Made by a program: the position numbers and the translations under genes. DNA of 64,000 nucleotides. Source: Prochlorococcus sp. AG-347-B23. Its GTDB lineage: Bacteria > Cyanobacteriota > Cyanobacteriia > PCC-6307 > Cyanobiaceae. Positions 40,056 to 50,433 of this stretch are shown here, piece after piece; the first letter of the stretch is position 1; each line of letters starts with the position of its first letter. The DNA lies in NCBI GenBank assembly GCA_003281715.1, contig QCBE01000004.1, positions 7,932 through 71,931 of the forward strand. Reading direction: 5' to 3'. Under the pieces are notes generated by a model, which was not told where the DNA came from, did no database searches, and saw only the letters and a list, made by a program, of their open reading frames with translations.

Positions 40056-42089
40056 TTAGAATAAATTATTTTTTGCTCCAAATACTTCTTTTGAAATGAT
40101 TAATAAAGAGCTTCTACTCTTTATTGAAACAGATTTTTCATTAATAGTTAAGGGTTTAAAAATCCCAGACATGCTAGTGTCAATAACTTTTAACCAATTA
40201 TATTTACATTTTGGCAAGGGGAAATCTATACTTTTTGAATATGCATTTAAACCTATCCAGACCAGCGGATTTGAATTACCTTTGTTAATGCTAAAGGCAA
40301 CTGTGTGAGACCAACTACTCCAATCGGGACTATCTAACTTTGTTCCATGCCAATGATATGTTGGAATATGTTCATTGGTTTGCTTATTAGGGAACAATGA
40401 TGGATTGAAAATGTTTATTAGTTTTTTTCGGATTTTTATGACGTATTTAAAATATTCTAATAATTCCAAATCTTGTTGACCATGTTCCCAATTCATCCAG
40501 CCCAGTAAATTATTTTGGCACCAAGAATTATTGTTCCCGCCTTGTGATCTTCCTATCTCATCACCCATAAGTATCATTGGAACACCTTTAGAAATAAATA
40601 AACTCAGAATAAGATTTTTTTGTTGTCTTTTTCTTAAATCATTGATTAAAAAGTTCGTAGTTGGTCCCTCTGTACCATGATTCCAAGAATTGTTATGGTT
40701 ATCTCCATCTCTATTTTGTTCTCTATTGGCAAAATTATGTTTTCTATTGAAACTTACTAAGTCTTTTAGCGTAAATCCATCATGTGAAGTAATAAAATTT
40801 ATGGACTTTGGGAAAATATTATCTTTTTTATAAATAGATGGAGTACCTTTTATTTTATCGCTCATATTCCAAGCTGTATCTTCATCCCCCTTCCAAAATC
40901 TCCTCAAGTCATCTCTAAAATGACCATTCCAAGTGAAAGTATTCTTAGATGGAAAATCACCTAATTTATATAAACCGCCACAATCCCATGGCTCACTTAT
41001 GAACTTGATATCAATAAGTTCTGGTTCACATTCTATATCTTCAAAAATTGGAGGATTATCAAGCGGCGAAAGATTTTCTCCTCTTGATAGGGCAATTCCT
41101 AAATCAAATCTAAAACCATCAACTCCTAATTCACTCGCCCAACATTTTAATGATTCAATTATTAGTTTTCTAACTAATCCTCTGTTTGCTGCAATAGTAT
41201 TACCACATCCGGAGACGTCCTGATAATTTTTATCTTTTCCAATAAAGTAATAAAGATTTTCATCTATACCTTTCCAAGATATTGCTGGCCCTTTTGAATC
41301 ACCTTCGGAAGTGTGATTGTATACAACATCTAAGATGACTTCAATTTCTGCTTTATGACATTCCTCTACAAATCTTCTAAATTCCTCTCTATTCTTTTCG
41401 GCGGATTCATTCGAAAGATATTCAAAATGCGGAGTAAACCAATTAATTGGACTATAACCCCAAGAATTTTTTAGACCATTTGGGGCATCAGTAGGATCAA
41501 AACTAAAAATTGGAAGTAGTTCGATTGTTGTAATTCCAAGTTCTTTGAGATACGGAATTTTTTTTAAAAATTTTTTAAAACAACTTTCATCTTTATCAGT
41601 TGATTCAGTGAAAGCTTTGATATGGAGTTCATAAATAATTGTTTCTTCCCAGGAATGTTTCGGTCTTGGATAATCCTTGAAATTAAATAATTTTCTATCG
41701 CAAACAACGCTTTTAAGACAAGAATTAGTGTTTTCTTGCGTATTTAATGCATTTTCTCTTTTATAACTTTCCCATCCGGTAATGCCCCTTGAACATGGAT
41801 CAAGTAATACCTTTTTTTCATAGTTATTATTAATTTCATTATTTTTTTGTTTTACTCTATAAGCATAAATACAACCTTCATCTAGATTTTTTATTTCTAC
41901 ATGCCAGTAAGGACCTTTATTATGAGTCTGATCTAATTTGATTATGCTTTTTGGGGAAATAGAGTCCTCTTTCTCAAACAATAAGATTTCTACATATTCT
42001 GCATTTGTGGCTATTAAGGAAAAATTAACCCCTTGTGAAGTTAGAGAACTCCCTAAAGGAAATGGGTTACCTTTATTGAGATGAATCAC
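40056..42089 (-). CDS. glgX: Glycogen debranching enzyme (isoamylase, GH13)
   Basis: DVVYNHT, DGFRFDL, SEPWD, HDGFTL, HNFANRE.NRDG; GTG start. Confidence 0.95.
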   Translation of the reverse strand: MIHLNKGNPFPLGSSLTSQGVNFSLIATNAEYVEILLFEKEDSISPKSIIKLDQTHNKGPYWHVEIKNLDEGCIYAYRVKQKNNEINNNYEKKVLLDPCSRGITGWESYKRENALNTQENTNSCLKSVVCDRKLFNFKDYPRPKHSWEETIIYELHIKAFTESTDKDESCFKKFLKKIPYLKELGITTIELLPIFSFDPTDAPNGLKNSWGYSPINWFTPHFEYLSNESAEKNREEFRRFVEECHKAEIEVILDVVYNHTSEGDSKGPAISWKGIDENLYYFIGKDKNYQDVSGCGNTIAANRGLVRKLIIESLKCWASELGVDGFRFDLGIALSRGENLSPLDNPPIFEDIECEPELIDIKFISEPWDCGGLYKLGDFPSKNTFTWNGHFRDDLRRFWKGDEDTAWNMSDKIKGTPSIYKKDNIFPKSINFITSHDGFTLKDLVSFNRKHNFANREQNRDGDNHNNSWNHGTEGPTTNFLINDLRKRQQKNLILSLFISKGVPMILMGDEIGRSQGGNNNSWCQNNLLGWMNWEHGQQDLELLEYFKYVIKIRKKLINIFNPSLFPNKQTNEHIPTYHWHGTKLDSPDWSSWSHTVAFSINKGNSNPLVWIGLNAYSKSIDFPLPKCKYNWLKVIDTSMSGIFKPLTINEKSVSIKSRSSLLIISKEVFGAKNNLF

Positions 42090-42714
42090 TTTCTCTCCAC
42101 CATAGATTAGTTAAATATTGAGATAATTTATTTAAATTACAGATATTTGAATAATAGATGCAAAATAAAAAAAAAAACTCAAATTTAAGGCTTCACTAAT
42201 CAACTTTATTAGATCTTGGAGAATATTAATTTTTTAATTAATTACAATTTTTTCAACCATCTGCTCAGTGCATAAAACGATTTATAGAGAAAGTTTAATA
42301 ATGAGAAAACCAGATTTTTCTTGATTTCAAAATACAAATTGTGTTTTTTCATGTGATGAGAAGGAAATATATCTGAAAATTAATAAAACATAATAAATAG
42401 CTCAAATTCTTAAATTCACCCCCCTATGACATTTCCCCCTTTTGCTAAATGTAGTTAGATTTTTAAGGCTAAATCCAGTTCTACCAATGCTTTTTGCTGT
42501 TCTCTAAATGAAGAGGCTATTTTTTAAAGATGAAAAAGCACGGCTATAAAAAATAAATAATATTGCTAAAAATGTCCCTAAAATTTGTATAAAGCTTTGC
42601 GCCGCCGGCATTTTCGGTTGCCGTATTTGTATTTGCTCCATATGATGTGAAAGTTCAAGGTTTAAAACTGATTTAAATCTTTTTTTTTAACCCTTAGCTT
42701 TAATTTAAATTTCA

Positions 42715-42990
42715 ATGAACAAAGCTGATTTAGTAAATCTTGTTGCAGCTCGTACAGAGCTCACAAAAACGGATGTTTCTTTAGTTGTTGATGCAGCTAT
42801 TGAAACTATTGTTGATTCAGTAGTGGAAGGCAAAAAAGTCTCTTTACTAGGATTTGGTTCTTTTGAACCAAGAGATCGTTCTGCAAGACAGGGATTAAAC
42901 CCTAAGACAGGCGAAAAAATAGCAATACCCGCTAAAAGAGTTCCAACATTCTCTGCAGGTAAACTTTTTAAGGATAGAGTTCAAGGGTAA
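42715..42990 (+). CDS. hup: HU family DNA-binding protein
   Basis: MNKADLV, GFGSFE, R.GLNPKTGE, PTFSAGK. Confidence 0.97.
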   Translation: MNKADLVNLVAARTELTKTDVSLVVDAAIETIVDSVVEGKKVSLLGFGSFEPRDRSARQGLNPKTGEKIAIPAKRVPTFSAGKLFKDRVQG

Positions 42991-43022
42991 TCTTTTAAAT
43001 CTATTTCTTCCTCTTAAATAAC

Positions 43023-43050
43023 AAGGTGCTCTTTAAGGGCATCTTTTTTT
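43023..43050 (+). terminator. Intrinsic terminator of HU gene
   Basis: AGGTGCTCT-TTA-AGGGCATCT hairpin (with G-U pairs) followed by a T run. Confidence 0.85.
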
Positions 43051-43126
43051 ATCGTAATAAAATGCAATTAGCTCAATGACGAAAACTCATAACAAGGCAT
43101 CCAAAATTTTAAAATCTTAAGAAGTA

Positions 43127-43438
43127 ATGAAATGTTTAACTATTTTATTCCTGAAATTTTTGTTGATATCTAATTTTGTTATGGCTGAAACTATACCAAC
43201 AAAGTCTAAGATTTTAAAACAATCTAGTGATTGTTTTAAAGATTCTCGAACCCAATTATGTAAAGAATTAGTTTCTAAAATAGAAAAACTTCAATTAGTT
43301 GTATTTGACCAAAATAAATTCAAATGTCAATCAAGTTTATTGGGGCTACAAACGGAAATTATTGAAGCTTATTTTTTTAATAATTTCTCAAATGAGAGCA
43401 TTTCATTAATGATTCCATATGTGATTAAAAATTGTTAA
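43127..43438 (+). CDS. Hypothetical exported Cys-containing protein
   Basis: Signal-peptide-like N terminus (..NFVMA/ET), four Cys in the mature part. Confidence 0.7.
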   Translation: MKCLTILFLKFLLISNFVMAETIPTKSKILKQSSDCFKDSRTQLCKELVSKIEKLQLVVFDQNKFKCQSSLLGLQTEIIEAYFFNNFSNESISLMIPYVIKNC

Positions 43439-43492
43439 TTATTAAAATAATTTATTTTTTTGGAATATTATAAATTTGTTATTCAATTTGTA

Positions 43493-43735
43493 ATGGTTAA
43501 AGGTTTTTCTGATAACGAAGTTAAGAATAATCCTCAAAATACTCAAATAAAAGAAAAAAAAGGCTTGGCTGGTTTTCTTAAAGGCAAGAAATTTACTTAC
43601 ACTTTGCCAGGCAAAAAACAAATAAATATTTTTGGATCAATAGTAATAGGTTTAAACATCATTTTAGTATTGCTAGTCATCCTTTATTTAAAGAATCAAG
43701 AATTCCATGACTTTGTATTTAATGTTGGACGTTAG
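43493..43735 (+). CDS. Hypothetical single-TM protein
   Basis: ATG at 43493 (MVKGFS..), basic N terminus, C-terminal hydrophobic helix. Confidence 0.65.
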   Translation: MVKGFSDNEVKNNPQNTQIKEKKGLAGFLKGKKFTYTLPGKKQINIFGSIVIGLNIILVLLVILYLKNQEFHDFVFNVGR

Positions 43736-43793
43736 CTATATTTTTAGATCGAAAGATTTATTTAGATGATATATTTAAATTTTAGAATATCCT

Positions 43794-44051
43794 ATGAAGG
43801 TAGTTAATTTAGTTTCTCAAATATTTTTTTTGTTGATAACTGTTCTATTTTTGATATATTTTCTAACAGGTTATGACTCCGCTTTCGAGGCAGACCAAAA
43901 TTGTCATTCATATCTTTCAAGATACGATAACCTATCTGGAAATTATGGTTGTGACCATGATACTGAGACTCATCAGTGGATACTTTACGAGTCCAATGAA
44001 AGGAAAGAACCAGCAAAAATTATTAAGAAATTTAGGTACAAGTTTTTATAA
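43794..44051 (+). CDS. Hypothetical protein with N-terminal TM
   Basis: TM followed by CHSY...YGCDHDTETHQWILY. Confidence 0.7.
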   Translation: MKVVNLVSQIFFLLITVLFLIYFLTGYDSAFEADQNCHSYLSRYDNLSGNYGCDHDTETHQWILYESNERKEPAKIIKKFRYKFL

Positions 44052-44258
44052 ATCAATTTTCTTATAAAAAAACTTTGCAGATATAATAGAAATAACAGCT
44101 GTAATTGTGAAAGTAAGATATTGATATATGCTTCCTTCTAAGTAGATTTTATTTTTATATAGAGGAAAATCGACTAAAGATCCTAGAGTACCCCAAATAA
44201 TTACCCAAACAGATATGTATAAGAATACTTTTATTGGATTAGATTTTTTTGCTTCCAT
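44046..44258 (-). CDS. Hypothetical two-TM protein
   Basis: Two hydrophobic helices; starts 2 nt after the hli stop. Confidence 0.7.
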   Translation of the reverse strand: MEAKKSNPIKVFLYISVWVIIWGTLGSLVDFPLYKNKIYLEGSIYQYLTFTITAVISIISAKFFYKKIDL

Positions 44259-44260
44259 TT

Positions 44261-44506
44261 TTAATTAATACCAAAAATTGAAGAAGTAACAGGTCTGCCG
44301 CTAAAAACTAACTCGGTTAATATGAGCATTAAGAATCCGATCATTGCTGCTCTACCATTTACAAGTTCAGCACTGCTATTAAATCCAAAAACATTCTTTA
44401 CTTCATCTCCCTGATTGTCTACCCATTTTGAGTATTCATTATCGGTTGATGATTTATCAGTAAAATCATCATTTTGATTTTCTATTGGAGAGCCATTTTC
44501 TTGCAT
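44261..44506 (-). CDS. hli: High-light-inducible protein (HLIP)
   Basis: GFNSSAELVNGRAAMIGF chlorophyll-binding motif. Confidence 0.95.
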   Translation of the reverse strand: MQENGSPIENQNDDFTDKSSTDNEYSKWVDNQGDEVKNVFGFNSSAELVNGRAAMIGFLMLILTELVFSGRPVTSSIFGIN

Positions 44507-44550
44507 AGAATTTTATGTTTTATTCTAGTAATTTTAAAACTAGTTTATTA

Positions 44551-45576
44551 TTAAATTAAAGTTGAAATTATAAAAAAAATTAAAACAAAAATTATTATCC
44601 ATAATAATTGTAATCTCAAAATTAATTGACAAATTAATTTAATTTTCTCTCCAGTGCAATTATCTCCATTCGGATTGATCATTGGCTTTTTAATAATCTC
44701 ATTTTTATATTTACTTTTTCCACCCAATGTTATTCCAGAAATATAAGCAAATATAGCTTCTGAAATCCCAGCATTAGGCGAATCATATTTTTTACCATCA
44801 AGATAGCTTTTTTTTATAATTGATCCATAATCATTAATTTTGGGGCTAACTAAAGGTAATGAAATTAAAACTAATCTTGAAGGAACAAATGTAAAAATAT
44901 CTTCGATTTTTGCACTGAAAAAACCTAAATATCTAAAATAATCATATCTGTAACCTATCATTGAATCTAAAGTACTTATAGCTTTATAAGAAAAACCAAG
45001 TGATAAAGGCCCTGGCAGAAAAATTGAAAATTTCATAAAAAAAATTCCAATAAAAATCCAAAATAATGGCCCAAATATTCCATCAACAGAATTTTCGGTA
45101 AGACTCTCTGTACTTGATCTCAAAAGATGTTCTAAAGAAGATGAACTTACATCCCTACTAACTATCCTTTGTACCTTCTCTTTGATTATTCTCTTATTTT
45201 GGTCATTAATTTCTTCGCTTTCTATTAGCTCTGCAATCTCTTTCACACTTGAAATAAGTCCCTTAGTCGCAATACAACTTGAAAGTCCAAAAAAAATTAG
45301 CAATCCACCCAAAAAATTATTTCTTGATTGCACATAACTGAGTTCTATCAATTTACCTAAACCAAAACTCATTCCTATGGTGGATGTAGCTACTATTAAG
45401 CCTCCCCAAAACAATATATTTTTATTTTCCCCAAAATTATTTATGAGGTAATCAGATATTTTTTTTATGTAAAAGCCAATTACTTGAACAGGATGGATTA
45501 AGAATCTTGGATCGCCGATTAATAAATCAAAACCAATCGATCCAAGGAATATTAAAAATAAATTTATTTCAGCCAA
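44551..45576 (-). CDS. cbiB: Adenosylcobinamide-phosphate synthase CbiB/CobD
   Basis: IGDP...[36 protein letters not shown]; TTG start overlapping the ilvC stop. Confidence 0.94.
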   Translation of the reverse strand: MAEINLFLIFLGSIGFDLLIGDPRFLIHPVQVIGFYIKKISDYLINNFGENKNILFWGGLIVATSTIGMSFGLGKLIELSYVQSRNNFLGGLLIFFGLSSCIATKGLISSVKEIAELIESEEINDQNKRIIKEKVQRIVSRDVSSSSLEHLLRSSTESLTENSVDGIFGPLFWIFIGIFFMKFSIFLPGPLSLGFSYKAISTLDSMIGYRYDYFRYLGFFSAKIEDIFTFVPSRLVLISLPLVSPKINDYGSIIKKSYLDGKKYDSPNAGISEAIFAYISGITLGGKSKYKNEIIKKPMINPNGDNCTGEKIKLICQLILRLQLLWIIIFVLIFFIISTLI

Positions 45577-46553
45577 CTGAACATCGAGCGCAAACCTTTA
45601 CCTACTTTCTCAATTTCATGTTTTGAGTTCTCTTCTCTTAATTTTGTCATTAAAGGTTTGTTTTTATCGCATTCTTCCACAAAATTCTTAGCGAAAGTTC
45701 CATCTTGAATATCTTTTAGAATTTTCTGCATTTCTTTTTTTGTATCACTATTGATTAGTCTTTTACCACTTACATAATCTCCATATTCTGCTGTATTTGA
45801 AATGGAATCTCTCATTTGAGATAAGCCTCCCTTCACCATTAAATCAACAATAAGTTTAACTTCATGTAAGCATTCGAAGTAAGCAAGTTCAGGTTGATAT
45901 CCTGCCTCTACAAGAGTTTCGAACCCTGATTTGACGAGTTCTGATAATCCTCCGCATAAGACAGCTTGTTCGCCAAATAAATCAGTTTCTGTTTCTTCTT
46001 TGAAGTTTGTTTCAAGAATTCCTGCTCTGGTTCCGCCAATCCCTTTAGCGTAAGCCATAGCCAATGATCTTGCACTCCCAGAAGAATCTTGCTCTACTGC
46101 AAACAATGCTGGAACTCCTTGACCATTCTGATATTCCCAACGAACAGTGTGTCCGGGCCCTTTTGGGGCAATCATAACAACATCCACAAAACTAGGAGGT
46201 TTGATAAGTCCGAATCTTATATTGAAGCCATGAGCAAAACTTAATATTTTTCCTTCTTTTAGGTTTGGTTCTATTTCTTTAAGATAAACATCTTTCTGAA
46301 ACTCATCTGGAAGGAGAATCATAATCCAGTCTGCTTTTTCGCAAGCTTCAGAAACGCTAAAGACTTGTAGACCATCGCTAATAGCTTTGCTTTCAGACTT
46401 ACTTCCTTTATATAATCCAACAATTACATCCATACCGCTATCTTTAAGATTTAGGGCATGTGCATGACCTTGTGATCCATATCCAATAATCGCTATTGTT
46501 TTATTATTTAAAAGGCTTAGATCTGCATCTGTGTCGTAAAAGAGTTGGGTCAT
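45564..46553 (-). CDS. ilvC: Ketol-acid reductoisomerase
   Basis: [33 protein letters not shown]. Confidence 0.98.
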   Translation of the reverse strand: MTQLFYDTDADLSLLNNKTIAIIGYGSQGHAHALNLKDSGMDVIVGLYKGSKSESKAISDGLQVFSVSEACEKADWIMILLPDEFQKDVYLKEIEPNLKEGKILSFAHGFNIRFGLIKPPSFVDVVMIAPKGPGHTVRWEYQNGQGVPALFAVEQDSSGSARSLAMAYAKGIGGTRAGILETNFKEETETDLFGEQAVLCGGLSELVKSGFETLVEAGYQPELAYFECLHEVKLIVDLMVKGGLSQMRDSISNTAEYGDYVSGKRLINSDTKKEMQKILKDIQDGTFAKNFVEECDKNKPLMTKLREENSKHEIEKVGKGLRSMFSWLK

Positions 46554-46664
46554 TAGTTGTAGCTTCTTTGCATTTGATATTTAATATTTTAGACATTAAG
46601 GTGGCAATAAACCAAAAAAATTATTAATTTAAAAAATTAAAATTAAAATGTTAAATTAGAAAGT

Positions 46665-47276
46665 TTAAGACTGATTTGCTTCGCTTGGATGTGTAATTAC
46701 TCTATCAATTAATCCATAATTTTTTGCTTCTTCTGCACTTAGAAAATAATCTCTATCAGTATCCTTTTCAATTTTCTCAAATGATTGGCCTGTCATATCT
46801 GCCATAGACATGTTTAACATATCTTTAATTCTTAAAATTTCCTTAGCTTCTATTTCAATATCACTTGCTTGGCGTTGAGATGTCCCTCCTAAAGGTTGAT
46901 GAATCATTATTCTGCTGTGAGGCAAAGCAACTCTTTTACCTTTTGTACCAGCAGCCAATAGGAACGCTCCCATGGAGGCTGCGAGACCTACGCATATGGT
47001 TACTACATCACTTTTTACGTATTTGATAGTGTCATAAATTGCCAAACCAGCAGTTACTGATCCTCCTGGGCTATTTATATATAGATAGATAGGTTTGGAA
47101 TTATCATCAGAATCTAAATAAAGCATTTGCGCAACAAGGCTATTAGCAATACCATCATTCACTTCTTGTCCTAGAAAAAGAATTCTTTCAACACCTAGTC
47201 TTGTATATATGTCGACCCATCTTTCGTATTGACTTCCTGGAAGTCTGTAAGGCACGCTTGGAGTTCCTATTGGCAT
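46665..47276 (-). CDS. clpP: Clp protease proteolytic subunit (ClpP3-type)
   Basis: YINSPGG, GLAASMG (catalytic Ser), MIHQP, DRD. Confidence 0.96.
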   Translation of the reverse strand: MPIGTPSVPYRLPGSQYERWVDIYTRLGVERILFLGQEVNDGIANSLVAQMLYLDSDDNSKPIYLYINSPGGSVTAGLAIYDTIKYVKSDVVTICVGLAASMGAFLLAAGTKGKRVALPHSRIMIHQPLGGTSQRQASDIEIEAKEILRIKDMLNMSMADMTGQSFEKIEKDTDRDYFLSAEEAKNYGLIDRVITHPSEANQS

Positions 47277-47300
47277 GATTTTAAAATAGTTTTGTGAGTG

Positions 47301-47963
47301 TTAAATTTTATTTGGTAAATCTTTTTGACTTGTGAGTATTCTATCGATAACTCCATAATCTAAGGCTTCTTGTGGGTTGAGATAACTCATCCTGTCAGAG
47401 TCTTTTGAGAGTTCTTCGATGGTCTTTCCAGTATTACGAGATAAAATCTCAAGCATTGATTTTTTATTTTTCAAAACTTCCTCAGCTCGTATTTGGATAT
47501 CAGTTGCTTGGCCTCTTGCTCCGCTTATAGGTTGATGCAAAACAATAGAAGCATGAGGAAGAGCCGCTCTTTGTCCCTTAGTTCCAGATGAAAGAATAAC
47601 TGCAGCAGTACCCATTGCTTGTCCGATACATATTGTATGTACTGGAGGCTTAATGTAGCTTATTGTATCGCAGATAGCGAAAGCTTCTGTTTCAAAACCT
47701 ACTGCGTCACCAGTGTACCAACTTGTCCCAGTTGAATTGATATAGAAATAGATTGGTTTTTCTGGATCCTCAAACTCTAAATAAAGAAGTTGAGCAATGA
47801 TTAGCTCAGTAACATCCATTCCTAGTTGTCTTTTCGCATCATCATCTGAAAATAATGGTAAACCAAGATAAACAATTCGCTCTTTCAGTAAAAGAGAGGG
47901 GAGATCTGGGGGCGGGGTCCTCATAACGGTGTTTTCGCCGTAATAAGGAGCAGATACAGTCAT
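47301..47963 (-). CDS. clpR: Non-catalytic Clp subunit ClpR
   Basis: RTPPPDLPSLLLKERIVYLG; GQAMGTA lacks the nucleophilic Ser; directly upstream of clpP. Confidence 0.9.
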   Translation of the reverse strand: MTVSAPYYGENTVMRTPPPDLPSLLLKERIVYLGLPLFSDDDAKRQLGMDVTELIIAQLLYLEFEDPEKPIYFYINSTGTSWYTGDAVGFETEAFAICDTISYIKPPVHTICIGQAMGTAAVILSSGTKGQRAALPHASIVLHQPISGARGQATDIQIRAEEVLKNKKSMLEILSRNTGKTIEELSKDSDRMSYLNPQEALDYGVIDRILTSQKDLPNKI

Positions 47964-48003
47964 TTGTATCACAAAATTAAGATTGAACTGATTCTAGCTA
48001 GAT

Positions 48004-49113
48004 TTAGCCCTGTGTCGCTGGTGATTTAAAAGATTTGTTTGACTCAGGATTATTTATTAGTTTTCCAAAGACCATTCTTCCAGTGGGAGTTTGTAATGCT
48101 CCTGTGATGACAATATCTAATCTGCTTCCCACAAAATTCTTTGCCTCATCAATTACAACCATTGTGCCGTCATCTAAATATCCAATACCTTGCATTTTTT
48201 CTTTGCCTTCTCTCACAATTTTTATATTAAGTGACTCTCCTGGTTGTACTTCTGGCCTTAAAGCAATAACCAAATCACTCAAATTCATAACTTTTAATTC
48301 TTTAACTTCAGCGATTTGCGAAAGATTATAATCAGCCGTAATTAAAGTTCCTGTCATGTCCTCAGTAATTTTAAGGAGTTTTTCATCTACCCCATTACCT
48401 TCATACTTTGTTGGGTTGATTACAAGTCTTCTCCCATATAAATCTCTTAATTCTTTTAATAACTTCAGCCCCCTTCTGCCTTTCGACCTTTTTTCATTAC
48501 TACTTGAGTCAGCTAAAGTTTGTAATTCGTCAATTACACTTTGAGCAACAATTAATTGACCTTCCAATAATCCGCAACTTAATAGGCCATTGATTCTTCC
48601 ATCAATAATTACGCTGGTATCTAGAATTTTTGGACTTGCAGCAGGGAGGATACCTTCATTAACTAGATATGCATCAGTATTATTTGGATTAAATAATCTC
48701 AATAATGTCCTTCCATGGGTATCTGCCAACTTATAACCAAGCACACCAAAGAAAATATTGCTTAATATGGCTGCTAAAGGTTTTGCGAAAAAAACTTCTC
48801 TAGGGAAGGGAATTAATAGTATTGGAGCAAGTAGGAGATTCGCAACAAGTAATCCTAAAATTAATCCAACGGACCTACTTATTAGTAAGTCCGTTGGCAT
48901 TGTTCTTATTTGATCAAGAAACGTCTTTCTAAGTTGAAGAAATACGAAACCAGCTGCTAATCCTACAAAAAAACCAATTATTGCTAAAACAATTCTAAAA
49001 CCTTCTACATTAGATACCTGTTTGAGTATGTCTACTGGCAATAAATCAACACCAAGCCATCCTGAAGCAGCCCCAGACAATACAAATAAAATTAGTACTA
49101 AAATATCTGTCAT
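48004..49113 (-). CDS. Membrane-anchored PIN/TRAM domain protein (YacL-like)
   Basis: Four N-terminal TMs, LDTSVIIDGR, GRRGL, TADYNL, GIGYLDDGTMVV. Confidence 0.92.
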   Translation of the reverse strand: MTDILVLILFVLSGAASGWLGVDLLPVDILKQVSNVEGFRIVLAIIGFFVGLAAGFVFLQLRKTFLDQIRTMPTDLLISRSVGLILGLLVANLLLAPILLIPFPREVFFAKPLAAILSNIFFGVLGYKLADTHGRTLLRLFNPNNTDAYLVNEGILPAASPKILDTSVIIDGRINGLLSCGLLEGQLIVAQSVIDELQTLADSSSNEKRSKGRRGLKLLKELRDLYGRRLVINPTKYEGNGVDEKLLKITEDMTGTLITADYNLSQIAEVKELKVMNLSDLVIALRPEVQPGESLNIKIVREGKEKMQGIGYLDDGTMVVIDEAKNFVGSRLDIVITGALQTPTGRMVFGKLINNPESNKSFKSPATQG

Positions 49114-49209
49114 ATCTATAATCTACTAGGATTTATTAATTGAGTAAATAAGGATCTTATTTTTTTCAATCCTTAATACGTTTTTGGAGCTTAAAAATGA
49201 ATTTATATT

Positions 49210-50433
49210 ATGAATAAGTTTCCAAGAAGTGCTTATGTGCACATTCCTTTTTGCCACAGAAGGTGTTTTTATTGTGATTTTGCAGTTATTCCATTAGGAA
49301 ACAAAGTTGAAACTTTAAAAGGTTATGGAAGCAAAACTGTTCAAGAATATTTGCAATTTTTATATAAAGAAATATTGTCAATTAAGCATAAATCACCTCT
49401 ATCGACAATTTATATAGGAGGTGGCACTCCATCAATTTTAGATCCAAAGCAAATCAAAGAATTAATTGATCTTTTTAGAGAAAATTATGGAATTGACTAT
49501 GGTGCTGAAATTACTATGGAGGTTGATCCAGCAAGTTTTACTCAAGTTGATCTGTTTGGATTCATAAATGCTGGGATAAATAGATTTAGTCTTGGAGTAC
49601 AAAGTTTTAATAATCAGATACTTCAAAAGTCGGGAAGGCGGCATTTGAAAGAAGATGCAGAGAAATCTTGTTTATGGTTGAAGAGAGAATATGATTCTGG
49701 GGTAATTAAAAGTTGGAGTTTAGACTTAATTCAAAACTTGCCACTAAGTGGATTTAAAGAATGGCAAGATGACTTAAAAAAAGCAATTACATTTTCACCA
49801 CCTCATCTATCTATTTACGATTTAAATATTGAAAATGGCACTGTTTTTAAAAAATTAATTAATTTAGGCAAATTAAAACTCCCAAGTGATGAAGAAGCTT
49901 TTAGGAATAGTGAATTAACCCATTTAATTTTAAAAAACTCAGGGTATTCAAGATATGAAATATCAAACTATTGCCTTCCGCGACATCAGTCGAGACATAA
50001 TAGAGTTTATTGGAGTGGTTTAGGCTGGTGGAGTTTCGGTCAAGGTTCCACTAGTTCACCTTGGGGGGAAAAGTTTACTCGACCAAGAGTTAGTAAAGAA
50101 TATAAAGAATGGGTAACTGGACAAGACGAATTTAATTTAGATTCATCCCTAACTAATAAAGAATTTGTTTATAAAGAACTTGATGAGAAAATAATGTTGG
50201 GATTAAGACTTAAAGAGGGTGTAGATATCAAAGAAGTATTTAAAGAACAAAACTGGGAAAACAAAAAATGTGAAAGCAACTTCAGTAAATTGGTTGAAGA
50301 ATGGGAAAGATTTCTTGAAAGTGGACTACTAGTAAGAAATGGGAATAGATTCTTTTTAAATGAGCCTAATGGCATGGAACTTAGTAATCAAGTTCTTGTT
50401 TCTATGTTTAAGTGGTGGGATGAGATTAACTAA
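49210..50433 (+). CDS. hemW: Radical SAM heme chaperone HemW (HemN-like)
   Basis: YVHIPFCHRRCFYCDF, GGGTPS, YEISNY, HNRVYW. Confidence 0.92.
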   Translation: MNKFPRSAYVHIPFCHRRCFYCDFAVIPLGNKVETLKGYGSKTVQEYLQFLYKEILSIKHKSPLSTIYIGGGTPSILDPKQIKELIDLFRENYGIDYGAEITMEVDPASFTQVDLFGFINAGINRFSLGVQSFNNQILQKSGRRHLKEDAEKSCLWLKREYDSGVIKSWSLDLIQNLPLSGFKEWQDDLKKAITFSPPHLSIYDLNIENGTVFKKLINLGKLKLPSDEEAFRNSELTHLILKNSGYSRYEISNYCLPRHQSRHNRVYWSGLGWWSFGQGSTSSPWGEKFTRPRVSKEYKEWVTGQDEFNLDSSLTNKEFVYKELDEKIMLGLRLKEGVDIKEVFKEQNWENKKCESNFSKLVEEWERFLESGLLVRNGNRFFLNEPNGMELSNQVLVSMFKWWDEIN

